Under the pieces are notes generated by a model. The model saw only the letters and a list, made by a program, of their open reading frames with translations, ran no database searches and was not told the DNA's origin. The translations under genes were made by a program, and so were the position numbers. 64,000 bases of DNA from Deltaproteobacteria bacterium (GTDB taxonomy: Bacteria; Desulfobacterota; Desulfobulbia; Desulfobulbales; Desulfurivibrionaceae), in the NCBI GenBank assembly GCA_013349295.1, contig DUZW01000018.1:2741-66740 (forward strand), read 5' to 3'. Position 1 is the first letter of the stretch; every line of letters starts with the position of its first letter. Positions 18,555 to 27,623 of the stretch are shown here, piece after piece.

Positions 18555-19562
18555 ATGAAACAGCCCCAGACCAACACACCCCTTTCTTTTGCCGAAATCA
18601 TCGGCCAGGACAAGGCGAAAAAACTCTTGCACCGCGCCGTGGAACAAAACCGGCTGAGCCATGCCCTTCTCTTCAAAGGCCCGCTGGGGGTCGGAAAAAA
18701 GACCTTTGCCCGCATCCTGGCCGCCGCCCTCAATTGCCAAAAACCCATGGGCCACGAACCCTGCGGCCAGTGCCCTTCCTGCCTCAAATTTCGTTCCTCC
18801 AGCCACCCGGACTTCATCGTTATCGAGCCTGAGGGAGCGGCCATCAAGATCAATCAGGTCCGCGAACTCAAAAAGACCTTGGCGTTCCCACCCCTTGAGG
18901 CGAAAATCCGGGTGGCACTGCTCTGCGAAATCCACACCATGCGCCGGGAGGCGGCCAACAGCCTGCTCAAAACCCTGGAAGAGCCGCCCAACCAGACCAT
19001 GCTGATCCTCACCGCCGACGAGGCGGGCGTGATTCTGCCCACCATCCTCTCCCGCTGCCAGACCGTACCATTTTTCCCGCTCCCCCAGGAAGAGGTGGCA
19101 AAAATCCTGGCTCTGGAAGCAGGAATAGAGCCGGAAAGCGCGACCACCCTGGCGGCCATGGCCGAAGGCAGTCTGGGCCGCGCCAGACTGCTCCTGGCCA
19201 AGGATCTGCTGACCCTGCGGCGGGAGATCATCGAAAACCTGATCCGCCTTGAACCGGACACCCCGGCTGCGTTCCTGATTCTTGGCGAACTCGCTGAATC
19301 AGCGGCCAAACTCAAGGAGAATTTAGGCGAACTCCTGGAACTGCTCACCACTTGGCTCCATGATCTTCTCCTCCACAGCCATGGCGCGCCAGGTTCGATC
19401 ATCAACCATGACCTCAGTCCCACTTTCCCGACCGCCTGCCGCCGCTGGTCCAGCCGTCAACTCTCCGAAAGACTGCGGCTGATGGACACGGCCCGAAAAC
19501 AACTGTCCCGCAACTGCAACCCCACCGCAGTGTGCGAAGTGCTTTTCTTTGGTCTGCTTTAA
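18555..19562 (+). CDS. holB: DNA polymerase III subunit delta'
   Basis: IIGQ, HALLFKGPLGVGK, zinc finger C..PCGQCPSC, HPDF, AANSLLKTLEEPP, PTILSRC. Confidence 0.95.
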   Translation: MKQPQTNTPLSFAEIIGQDKAKKLLHRAVEQNRLSHALLFKGPLGVGKKTFARILAAALNCQKPMGHEPCGQCPSCLKFRSSSHPDFIVIEPEGAAIKINQVRELKKTLAFPPLEAKIRVALLCEIHTMRREAANSLLKTLEEPPNQTMLILTADEAGVILPTILSRCQTVPFFPLPQEEVAKILALEAGIEPESATTLAAMAEGSLGRARLLLAKDLLTLRREIIENLIRLEPDTPAAFLILGELAESAAKLKENLGELLELLTTWLHDLLLHSHGAPGSIINHDLSPTFPTACRRWSSRQLSERLRLMDTARKQLSRNCNPTAVCEVLFFGLL

Positions 19563-19578
19563 TGGTATGATCTCCTTT

Positions 19579-19702
19579 TGTAAATATTCCGTAGGGACCA
19601 CATCTGCATTGTCATTGGCCTGCTCATGTGCAACAGCACACCTCACAGACCTTTTCCTCGCATCTGTGGCACTTCGCAACATTTACACTCCGTGAACATT
19701 AC
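19579..19702. repeat. REP/MITE-like element with imperfect terminal inverted repeats
   Basis: TGTAAATATTCCGTAGGGACCACATCTGC ... GCATCTGTGGCACTTCGCAACATTTACA in the holB-PSP1 spacer, followed by GTGAACATTAC. Confidence 0.5.
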
Positions 19703-19736
19703 TATTTTCAGCCTGCGGGCTGTTTGAGCGCCATAC

Positions 19737-20723
19737 ATGAACGAAACGCCTGAATCACCCACGGAAGAGCTGGTGCATGAAGACCAGCAGAATGCCCCGG
19801 AATCCTGCTACACCATTCAATTTCGCCCAGGGGACCAATTCTTCTCCGCCGTTTCCCGCATCCAGAACCTCAAGGTCGGCGAACTGGTCATGGCCCAAAC
19901 CGAACACGGCCTGGAACCGGCCACGGTCCATGCCCGGACCCTGCCCTGCCCGGGGAGGAACGAGCCGCAAGGGCTGGGCAGCCACCTGATCGTCCGGAGG
20001 GGAACCAGGGACGAAATAGAAAAATTCGCCCGTCTCCTCGAACGCGAACGGGAGGCCTTTTCCGTCTGCACCCGCTTCATCGCCACCCATGGGTTGCCCA
20101 TGAAGCTCATCAAGGTGGAGCGTTTTTTAAACGGCAGCAAGGTCATCTTCTACTTCACCGCCGATACCAGGGTTGACTTTCGCGAACTGGTCAAGGATCT
20201 GGTTCAGGAATTCCGCACCCGGGTGGAGATCCGCCAGGTCGGAGTCCGCCACGAAACCAAGATGATCGGCGGCCTGGGCTGCTGCGGTCGCGAACTCTGT
20301 TGCTCGTCGTATCTCAAGAACTTTGCCCCGGTTTCCATCAAGATGGCAAAAGAACAGGGGTTGCCCCTCAATCCGGCCAAGATTTCCGGAATCTGCAACC
20401 GGCTGCTTTGCTGCCTCACTTACGAGTACGACACCTACCACGCCATGCGCAAGACAATGCCCAAACCGGGCAAGACCATCACCATCGGCGATAAAAGTTA
20501 CAAGATCATCAAGGTAAACGCCTTGGAGGAAACCCTTGAGGTCAACTGGGTGGAAGGCCAGGAAAGAAACATCCTGCTCACCAAGGAAGAATGGAGCCAG
20601 GCCAAGCCAACGCATCCCGCTCAAGGTCAGGCCCAGCCCCAGGTCCAAGCCCAGACAGCGGACGTTCCGCCCAGAAGAAAAAAGCCCAAACATCACAAAG
20701 CCCAGGAAGTGCCAGATCAATGA
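19737..20723 (+). CDS. ricT: PSP1-domain protein (RicT/YaaT family)
   Basis: FYFTADTRVDFRELVKDL, RQVGVRHE, GGLGCCGRELCC, KISGICNRLLCCLTYE; holB-yaaT-metG synteny. Confidence 0.9.
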   Translation: MNETPESPTEELVHEDQQNAPESCYTIQFRPGDQFFSAVSRIQNLKVGELVMAQTEHGLEPATVHARTLPCPGRNEPQGLGSHLIVRRGTRDEIEKFARLLEREREAFSVCTRFIATHGLPMKLIKVERFLNGSKVIFYFTADTRVDFRELVKDLVQEFRTRVEIRQVGVRHETKMIGGLGCCGRELCCSSYLKNFAPVSIKMAKEQGLPLNPAKISGICNRLLCCLTYEYDTYHAMRKTMPKPGKTITIGDKSYKIIKVNALEETLEVNWVEGQERNILLTKEEWSQAKPTHPAQGQAQPQVQAQTADVPPRRKKPKHHKAQEVPDQ

Positions 20724-22657
20724 ACGCTTATTACCTCACCACCCCGATTTTTTACGTCAACGCCCAACCCCATCTGGGCCATGCCTATTCCACCGTGGTG
20801 GCGGATACCGTCTGCCGTTACCATCGGCTGCTCGGCAAGGATGTCCGTTTTCAAACCGGCACCGACGAACACGGCGACAAGATCGTCCATGCGGCGAAAG
20901 ACGCCGCGGTTTCCGTAAAGGAGTACGTGGACAAGATCAGCGCCATGTTCCGGGCGGCCTGGCCGCCGCTCTCCATAGCGCCGGACACCTTTATCCGCAC
21001 CACGGACCCGGGACACATGGCTGTCGTGCAGGGCATTCTCCAGCAGGTGTACGACCGGGGCGACATCTATTTCAGCGAATACACCGGTCTTTACTGCAAG
21101 GGGTGCGAACAGTTCCTCACCGAAAAGGAGCTGGTGGACGGCAAATGCCCGGATCATCTCACCGAACCCGAGCAGATCAGCGAGCAGAATTATTTTTTTC
21201 GGATGAGCAAGTACCAGGATTGGCTCATCGACCACATCAACAGCCACCCGGAATTCATCACCCCTGAGCGCTACAAAAACGAGGTGCTCTCCTTCCTCAA
21301 GGAACCCCTGGAAGATCTCTGCATCTCCCGGCCCACCACCCGGCTCACATGGGGCATCCCACTCCCCTTTGACAACCGTTTTGTCACCTATGTCTGGTTT
21401 GACGCCCTGATTAACTACCTTTCCGGCCTCGGCTATCCCGCAGGCGAGGATTTTACCCGGTATTGGCCGGCGGCCGAGCATGTCATCGCCAAGGATATCC
21501 TCAAGCCCCACGCCATCTACTGGCCCACCATGCTCAGGGCCATGGGGATTGAGCCGTACAAGCGGTTGCATGTCCACGGCTACTGGAACATGAACGAAAC
21601 CAAGATGTCCAAGAGCCTGGGCAACGTGGTGCGGCCCGGTGAACTGGTGGCAGAATTCGGCGCAGACTCGGTGCGCTATTTCCTGCTCCGGGAGATGTCT
21701 TTCGGCCTGGACGCCGGATTTTCCCAGGAGGCCATGGTGGCCCGGCACAACTCGGACCTGACCAACGACCTGGGCAACCTCTTTTCCCGCTCGCTGACCA
21801 TGGTGAAAAATTTCGCGGCAAGCTCCGTGCCGCAACCGGGTACGCCCTCGGATCAGGATCGGGAGCTGGCCGAGGCAACTCTGGCCATGCTGGACCACTA
21901 CCGCGCCCACCTGGACAATTTCGCCTTCCACCGTGCTTTGGCTGCGGTGTGGGAGGTGATCAGCCGGGCCAACAAATACATCGTCAGCACCCAGCCATGG
22001 GAACTGGCCAAGGATCCGCAACAAAGTGGGCGCCTCAACACGGTGCTGTATACCCTGCTGGAAACGCTCCGGCTCATCACCCTGACCCTGCACCCCATCA
22101 TGCCGGAAACCGCCGCCAAGATGGCCGAGGCCCTGGGTGTAGCAGGCGAGATCAACCTCAACGACTGCGGGGTCTGGGGCAGGCTCGTTCCGGGCGGAGC
22201 CATCACCCCTGGGGCACAACTTTTCCCCAGGTTGCAACGAGAAGAAAAAGACAAACCACAACCGCCGAAAAACAAAGCCATGAAAGAACCAGACAAAGAA
22301 AAGGTTCCCAGCCAGGAACCCGCGCCGGAGACAGAGGGTCTCGTCACCTTTGACGCCTTCCAGAAATTGGAATTGCGGGTGGCGGAGATCATCGCTGCCG
22401 AAAAGATCGCCAAATCTGATCGCCTGCTCAAGCTGACGGTCAAGGCCCCGGAGGAACGCACCATCGTCGCGGGCATTGCCCAGCATTACCAACCGGAAGA
22501 GCTGGTGGGGCGCCAGGTGATCATTGTCGCCAATCTCAAACCGGCAAAATTAATGGGCGTGGCCTCCCACGGCATGGTGCTGGCCGCCAAGGACGGGGAT
22601 CGGCTGGTGCTTTCCTCGCTTTCCGGTCCGGTTTCTCCCGGCAGCAGGGTAGCATGA
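20720..22657 (+). CDS. metG: Methionine--tRNA ligase
   Basis: YLTTPIFYVN, HLGH, GTDEHG, KMSKS, C-terminal tRNA-binding domain. ATG 20720 overlaps the ricT stop. Confidence 0.97.
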   Translation: MNAYYLTTPIFYVNAQPHLGHAYSTVVADTVCRYHRLLGKDVRFQTGTDEHGDKIVHAAKDAAVSVKEYVDKISAMFRAAWPPLSIAPDTFIRTTDPGHMAVVQGILQQVYDRGDIYFSEYTGLYCKGCEQFLTEKELVDGKCPDHLTEPEQISEQNYFFRMSKYQDWLIDHINSHPEFITPERYKNEVLSFLKEPLEDLCISRPTTRLTWGIPLPFDNRFVTYVWFDALINYLSGLGYPAGEDFTRYWPAAEHVIAKDILKPHAIYWPTMLRAMGIEPYKRLHVHGYWNMNETKMSKSLGNVVRPGELVAEFGADSVRYFLLREMSFGLDAGFSQEAMVARHNSDLTNDLGNLFSRSLTMVKNFAASSVPQPGTPSDQDRELAEATLAMLDHYRAHLDNFAFHRALAAVWEVISRANKYIVSTQPWELAKDPQQSGRLNTVLYTLLETLRLITLTLHPIMPETAAKMAEALGVAGEINLNDCGVWGRLVPGGAITPGAQLFPRLQREEKDKPQPPKNKAMKEPDKEKVPSQEPAPETEGLVTFDAFQKLELRVAEIIAAEKIAKSDRLLKLTVKAPEERTIVAGIAQHYQPEELVGRQVIIVANLKPAKLMGVASHGMVLAAKDGDRLVLSSLSGPVSPGSRVA

Positions 22658-23442
22658 GCAGAAAAATACCCTCGGATACGGCCCTGCTCTATCGCAGCCT
22701 GGAGGAACAGGCCAGCCACCATCCTGTCCGCGCCATCAGGCTTACCGGCAAACGCCCCGAACCGCTGGGGTTGCTGCTCATCGACAACACCATTCCCGGA
22801 CCTGAGGTGGCAACAGCTCTGGCCGGACTGCATTTAGCGGACAAGCCCTGCCCGACAGCGGCCGGAGCAGACAATGGGGAACTGCCTGACCAGACCTGGC
22901 TCCGCCGGCAACTTGCGCTGGAGATGAGCCGGGTCCAGCAGACGAAGCTGCCCTGCGCTCTTCTGCTGATCACGCTTTCCGCTCAAGTTCCGTCCACCAA
23001 GTCCGGAATCTCTGCCCTGCCCGAACAAGCCGCAGCAGCACTGAGGCCATGCCTGCATCCCGGGGATTTACTCTCCGGCTTTCAAAAAAATGGTCTGGCC
23101 CTGATCATGCCTGGCGCCACGGTGGGCAAGGCCAGAAAGCGGGCGGAAGAGATTCGGGCCAACCTGCGCAGTACCGCTTTCAGCACGGGCGCAACCGGTG
23201 TTTCCCCCCGCCTGGCTCTGGGAATTGCCGTCTGCCATGCCTATGAGACGATCGCTGCGGATCAGTTTCTGACCCTTGCCGAAGCCGAGGTGGCCCGCGC
23301 CGCCAAAATGGGCGCGGACGCCATCTGCCAAAGTGCCGCAGTCCGCTATGAGGATTCCTGCCAGGTGACGGTGGAGGAACGCGCCCAGCTTTGGATGCAA
23401 CCCCGCAAGTCCTCGCGGGCGAGGGCGGGGATGGCGGCATAA
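22654..23442 (+). CDS. Degenerate GGDEF-fold protein
   Basis: LALEMSRVQQTKLPCALLLI, PGDLLSGFQKNGLALIMPGAT...AEEIR, LGIA, AEAEVARAAKMG follow the GGDEF fold pattern, but the GGDEF and RxxD motifs are missing. Confidence 0.7.
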   Translation: MSRKIPSDTALLYRSLEEQASHHPVRAIRLTGKRPEPLGLLLIDNTIPGPEVATALAGLHLADKPCPTAAGADNGELPDQTWLRRQLALEMSRVQQTKLPCALLLITLSAQVPSTKSGISALPEQAAAALRPCLHPGDLLSGFQKNGLALIMPGATVGKARKRAEEIRANLRSTAFSTGATGVSPRLALGIAVCHAYETIAADQFLTLAEAEVARAAKMGADAICQSAAVRYEDSCQVTVEERAQLWMQPRKSSRARAGMAA

Positions 23443-23573
23443 CTTGTTGGCTTCTCGTTGTGAGAAAATGGTTAAGAACGCAGAGTTTATTTCATAACTA
23501 CTCTTAAATTTTTACGGACCTCCCCTTGAGGCGTCCGTCACACTTACAGCTTTTTGCAGAAGGAAATCCGTCC

Positions 23574-24332
23574 ATGATCGCGAAAACCAAGCGCTCTCCG
23601 AAAACCATCTGTATCAGCAGCGGCAAAGGCGGGGTCGGCAAGACCTCCTTTTCGGTGAACGTGGCCACCGCCCTTTCCCAAAAAGGCAAATCCGTCCTCC
23701 TCATCGACGGCGACCTGGGACTGGCCAACGTCGATGTGGTGCTGGGCCTTAACGTCCGGCATACCATTCGGGAAACCATCGAGGAAGGGCGTGAACTGGC
23801 AAGCTCCCTGGTGGAAATCAATCCGAGGTTTCATGTCCTGCCGGCCAGCTCCGGCGTGCCGGAAATGGCCAATCTCTCCTACGAGGAACAGGCCCTTCTC
23901 ACCAGCAGCCTGGAAGAGATCATGGATCGCTTCGATTATGTTCTCATCGATACCGCAGCCGGAATCGGCGATTCGGTCCTCTGGTTCAACACCTGGAGTC
24001 AGGAGAATATCGTCATCCTGACCCCGGATCCGACCTCGCTCACCGACGCCTACGCCCTGATCAAGGTGCTCAACTCCCGCCACGACAGAAAGCGCTTTCA
24101 CCTGCTGATAAACAGTGTACAATCCAAAAAAGAAGGCCAGGACGTCTTCACCAATATGCGCATGGTTCTCGAACGTTTTCTGAAGATCACCCCACTGGCT
24201 CTGGGCACCATGCCGCAGGATAAAAATGTCTCAATGGGTATCCGCCAACAGAAGCCTTTCCTGCTGGGAGCCCCGGACAGCAAGGCCAGCCTGGAAATCA
24301 TCGCCGTGGCTGACCGAATCATAGCCCTGTAA
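23574..24332 (+). CDS. MinD/FleN(FlhG)-family ATPase
   Basis: SGKGGVGKT, DGDLGLANVD, LPASSG, DTAAGI, TPDPTSLTDAYALIK (FleN-type). Confidence 0.9.
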   Translation: MIAKTKRSPKTICISSGKGGVGKTSFSVNVATALSQKGKSVLLIDGDLGLANVDVVLGLNVRHTIRETIEEGRELASSLVEINPRFHVLPASSGVPEMANLSYEEQALLTSSLEEIMDRFDYVLIDTAAGIGDSVLWFNTWSQENIVILTPDPTSLTDAYALIKVLNSRHDRKRFHLLINSVQSKKEGQDVFTNMRMVLERFLKITPLALGTMPQDKNVSMGIRQQKPFLLGAPDSKASLEIIAVADRIIAL

Positions 24333-24406
24333 CCTGCCCGGGTTTTCTTGCGCGGTAGCGCAACCCCGGTTATTTAATTTTTTTTGCTTTCTAAAAGAGG
24401 ATTGTT

Positions 24407-24706
24407 ATGTTTGTCATCGGTAATTTTTTAGGCGCCCTGTCCACCCTGGTGGACTTTGCCCTGAGCGCCTACATGTGGGTCATTATCGGCCGGGCCATCA
24501 TTTCCTGGGTGAATGCCGACCCTTACAACCCCATTGTCCGTTTTCTCTACGAAATCACCGAGCCGTTACTTTCCCGCATCCGGCGGGTGGTGCCGGTTTT
24601 TGGCGGCGGGCTCGATCTTTCCCCCATGCTTCTTATTCTCGCTCTGATTTTTTTACGGAGTTTTCTGGTCCCGACCTTGCAACACCTGGCGAGAACCGTG
24701 GGCTAA
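24407..24706 (+). CDS. yggT: YggT/YlmG family membrane protein
   Basis: SWVNADPYNPIVRFLYEITEPLL...GGLDLSP. Confidence 0.92.
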   Translation: MFVIGNFLGALSTLVDFALSAYMWVIIGRAIISWVNADPYNPIVRFLYEITEPLLSRIRRVVPVFGGGLDLSPMLLILALIFLRSFLVPTLQHLARTVG

Positions 24707-24876
24707 TCCATGAAATTTTCATGGATTTCTGATGCGCCGCGATTACAATAATTGCGGCGTTGTATTTCGTTATGTCAATCAGCGGTGTTTTCACCGATGA
24801 TTAGTGTTATGGACCTGTCTCTTCGTTCCCCTTTACAAGACATTATTTTTTTGCGGCACACACAAGGAGCCGAAGC

Positions 24877-25782
24877 ATGATACTCACAGCACAAGACATC
24901 CAGTCCCAGCAGTTCCATGTCCGTTTTCGCGGTTTTGACGTTGAAGAGGTGGACGATTTTCTGGAAAAAATCTCCGCAGCTTACCAAGCGATTTCCGACG
25001 AAAACCAGAAGCTCAAAGGGAGGCTGGAAACCTTGGAAAAGGATCTGGCCACCTACCAGAACCAACAGAAATCATTCCAGAGCGCCATCATCGCAGCCCA
25101 GAACGTTGCCGATGGCATGAAGGAGAAAAGCAGGGAAGAGGCCGAGGCAATCGTAGCCGAAGCGAAGGAAGAAGCGCGCCTGCGCCGGGATGACGCCAAT
25201 TACGAGATAGCCGAGCTGAAAAGAAAAATTGAAGATCTTAAATCGCTCCGGGAACAGGCAAGGGATGAGCTGCGCCAGCAGCTGAAATCCTACCTGCACA
25301 TGCTGGAAACAGAACCCGCGGACCATGCGCGGGCGGTCGAGCATTTCAGTTCCTCTCCCCGGCAGCCGGAACCCATGCGCACCAACAGCTATGCAGCCCG
25401 CAGCACCACGGTCGAGACGGAACCCTCTCGCCCACGCAGGGAGAACGCTCCAGCCTCATCCGACGAAGCAGACCTCGCAGACCTCTACGTCAAGATCGAC
25501 ATCCCGGAGAGCGACATGGGAAGCATGGTCGCGGAAAAAGAAAACGACTATTCGCCTCAAGACATTGACCTGGGGTCATCAATCTCCGCCAGAAAAGACA
25601 TGCTGGTCATGGATGAGGACGAAGACACGGACACCATTCTCCCTGATCTTGACGGCGACATGGCTTTCAGCCTTGAAGATCCCCTGGAAAGCCATGAGCC
25701 GGCAGTTTCCTTTGCCGGAAGCCTGGAGGACGCCACGAAAAAAAAGAGAAATCGCTTCAACCCCGATGAATCTCCCCTGTGA
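24877..25782 (+). CDS. divIVA: DivIVA-domain protein with long acidic C-terminal tail
   Basis: LTAQDIQSQQFHVRFRGFDVEEVDDFLE N-domain followed by a coiled coil; yggT-divIVA-yggU synteny. Confidence 0.9.
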   Translation: MILTAQDIQSQQFHVRFRGFDVEEVDDFLEKISAAYQAISDENQKLKGRLETLEKDLATYQNQQKSFQSAIIAAQNVADGMKEKSREEAEAIVAEAKEEARLRRDDANYEIAELKRKIEDLKSLREQARDELRQQLKSYLHMLETEPADHARAVEHFSSSPRQPEPMRTNSYAARSTTVETEPSRPRRENAPASSDEADLADLYVKIDIPESDMGSMVAEKENDYSPQDIDLGSSISARKDMLVMDEDEDTDTILPDLDGDMAFSLEDPLESHEPAVSFAGSLEDATKKKRNRFNPDESPL

Positions 25783-26084
25783 CCTATCTGCGGGAGCTGG
25801 CAGACGGCGCCTCGGTCAGCCTGTCCATCCATGTGCAGCCCAAATCATCCCGCACCCGCATCGCCGGACTCCACGGCGATGCGGTCAAGCTTTGCATTAC
25901 CTCACCCCCGGTGGATGGCAAGGCCAATGCCGCAGTCATCCAATTTTTCGCTAAACTCTTCAAGATCCCGAAAAACGCCATCACCATCGCCCGCGGCGAG
26001 ACCAGCCGCGACAAGGGGCTTATCATCCGCGGCGTGGCAGCCGCCGATGCGGCTGCCATCCTCTCCCCCCTGTTGAGCGAGTGA
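25779..26084 (+). CDS. yggU: DUF167/YggU family protein
   Basis: IHVQPKSSR...PPVDGKAN...GETSRDK. Confidence 0.9.
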   Translation: MTYLRELADGASVSLSIHVQPKSSRTRIAGLHGDAVKLCITSPPVDGKANAAVIQFFAKLFKIPKNAITIARGETSRDKGLIIRGVAAADAAAILSPLLSE

Positions 26085-26281
26085 GCATCGGGCCGCGTTG
26101 ACCGCCATCATCCCCTGCCGACAAGACACCGATCTCTCGGCAACAGCCATGGGTAAGGGATCCCAAATCTCAGTCCGAAATCTTTTTTTCTTCTTTCCCG
26201 CACTTCCGGACTTGAGATTTTATGAGGTTCTCATCTAAGCTGAGATAAAATGGATTGGACTCAAACAAAGAGGACCCGAGT

Positions 26282-26587
26282 ATGATTTTCATCGCCTTTG
26301 CCTCATTTCCGCAAGCACATCTCAAGGAAGCAGCCACTGCCTTTCTCTCTCTGAAAACACTTCCGCCCAGCATTCAGCGCCGTGGACCATACTTCAAGAT
26401 TGAAGAGGGGAGCGAGATAGAAATCATCACCTTCTATGAATTCAGTGCCGACTATAATGACAAGGCAAAAAAATTCCTTGAGTCACGCTATAAAAGTTTT
26501 GCCGATGTTCCTAACTTTTCGGTAAGGATCGAACCTCGGATGGATATGCAGGAAGCCTTATTAAAGTTACAGATCAAACAGCAATGA
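26282..26587 (+). CDS. Hypothetical protein (about 101 aa, small alpha/beta)
   Basis: AGAGGA upstream of ATG 26282; stop overlaps the next start (ATGA); no motif recognised. Confidence 0.65.
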   Translation: MIFIAFASFPQAHLKEAATAFLSLKTLPPSIQRRGPYFKIEEGSEIEIITFYEFSADYNDKAKKFLESRYKSFADVPNFSVRIEPRMDMQEALLKLQIKQQ

Positions 26588-27084
26588 CTTCTTTCAAGAT
26601 AGGTATCCTTTCCGATACCCACCTTACCGCCCCCTCCGAGACTTTCAAAAAAATCGCAGAGGCCTGCTTCCATGACACGGACATGATTCTCCATGCCGGG
26701 GACCTCACCGATCCGGAAATCCTGACGGTTTTTTCCGGCAAGGAGGTGCATGCGGTGCACGGCAATATGTGTTCGACCCTGGCCTGCCAACACCTGCCGA
26801 GCCACAAGGAAATCAAGGTGGGCGGATTCACCATCGGTCTGATCCATCGGGTCGGCAACACCTATGATTTTGAAAAACGACTCATCGATATCTTTCCGGA
26901 AGCGGATTGCATTGTTTACGGTCACACCCACAAACCGGTCTGCCACCGCCTCGGCGGAGTGCTCTACATCAATCCCGGCAGTTTCACCGGCACCGGCTAT
27001 TACGGAGCCGGTGGCACCTTTGCCGTTCTTGAAGTCGGCGAGACCCTGCAGGCACAAATCTATCAAATTCAGGCAAAAAGATGA
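26584..27084 (+). CDS. YfcE-like metallophosphoesterase
   Basis: SDTH, HAGD, GNMC (GNxD variant), GHTH, INPGS. Confidence 0.9.
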   Translation: MTSFKIGILSDTHLTAPSETFKKIAEACFHDTDMILHAGDLTDPEILTVFSGKEVHAVHGNMCSTLACQHLPSHKEIKVGGFTIGLIHRVGNTYDFEKRLIDIFPEADCIVYGHTHKPVCHRLGGVLYINPGSFTGTGYYGAGGTFAVLEVGETLQAQIYQIQAKR

Positions 27085-27569
27085 AAACGCTCTGGACGCC
27101 TTGGCGGATGGAATATATCGAGGGCAAGACAGGCCGGGAATCCGGCTGCATCTTCTGTGCGGCAAAAAACCTGCCTCATTCGGCAAAGGATCTCATCTTG
27201 TACCGCGATACCACCCTGGCCGTGTTGATGAACCGTTTTCCCTATGCCAACGGCCATCTGCTGGTGGCCCCGACCCGCCATGTCGCCGACCTCCGCGAGC
27301 TCAGCGGAGAGGAGAATGCGGCCCTGAGCACCATGCTTACGCGCTGCACCGTCATCCTGGACAAGATGCTCAAGCCGGACGGCTTCAATATCGGTCTGAA
27401 CCTCGGCGAAGTGGCGGGCGCCGGCCTGGCCAGCCATCTGCACTGGCACATCGTGCCGCGCTGGCATGGAGACCACAACTATATGACCATCCTGGCCGAG
27501 GTCCGCACCATTCCGGAACACATTGAACAAACCTTTAGCAAACTGCTGCCGGACTTCCAGAACAGATAA
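27081..27569 (+). CDS. HIT-family hydrolase / Ap4A phosphorylase
   Basis: LWTPWRMEYI, CIFC, NRFPYANGHLLV, AGAGLASHLHWHIVPRW. Confidence 0.92.
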   Translation: MKTLWTPWRMEYIEGKTGRESGCIFCAAKNLPHSAKDLILYRDTTLAVLMNRFPYANGHLLVAPTRHVADLRELSGEENAALSTMLTRCTVILDKMLKPDGFNIGLNLGEVAGAGLASHLHWHIVPRWHGDHNYMTILAEVRTIPEHIEQTFSKLLPDFQNR

Positions 27570-27597
27570 GGCGGGAAAAATACATCCCGCCTTATCC
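27565..27597. terminator. Hairpin between convergent genes
   Basis: GATAAGGCGGGA-AAAATACA-TCCCGCCTTATC; no clear U-tract. Confidence 0.55.
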
Positions 27598-27623
27598 CGA
27601 TCCAGCCTCTTTTGATCCGATCC

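Noticed and set aside
19737-20723. RicT/PSP1 without RicA/RicF
   Set aside because: A stand-alone PSP1 gene between holB and metG is a common arrangement outside Firmicutes.
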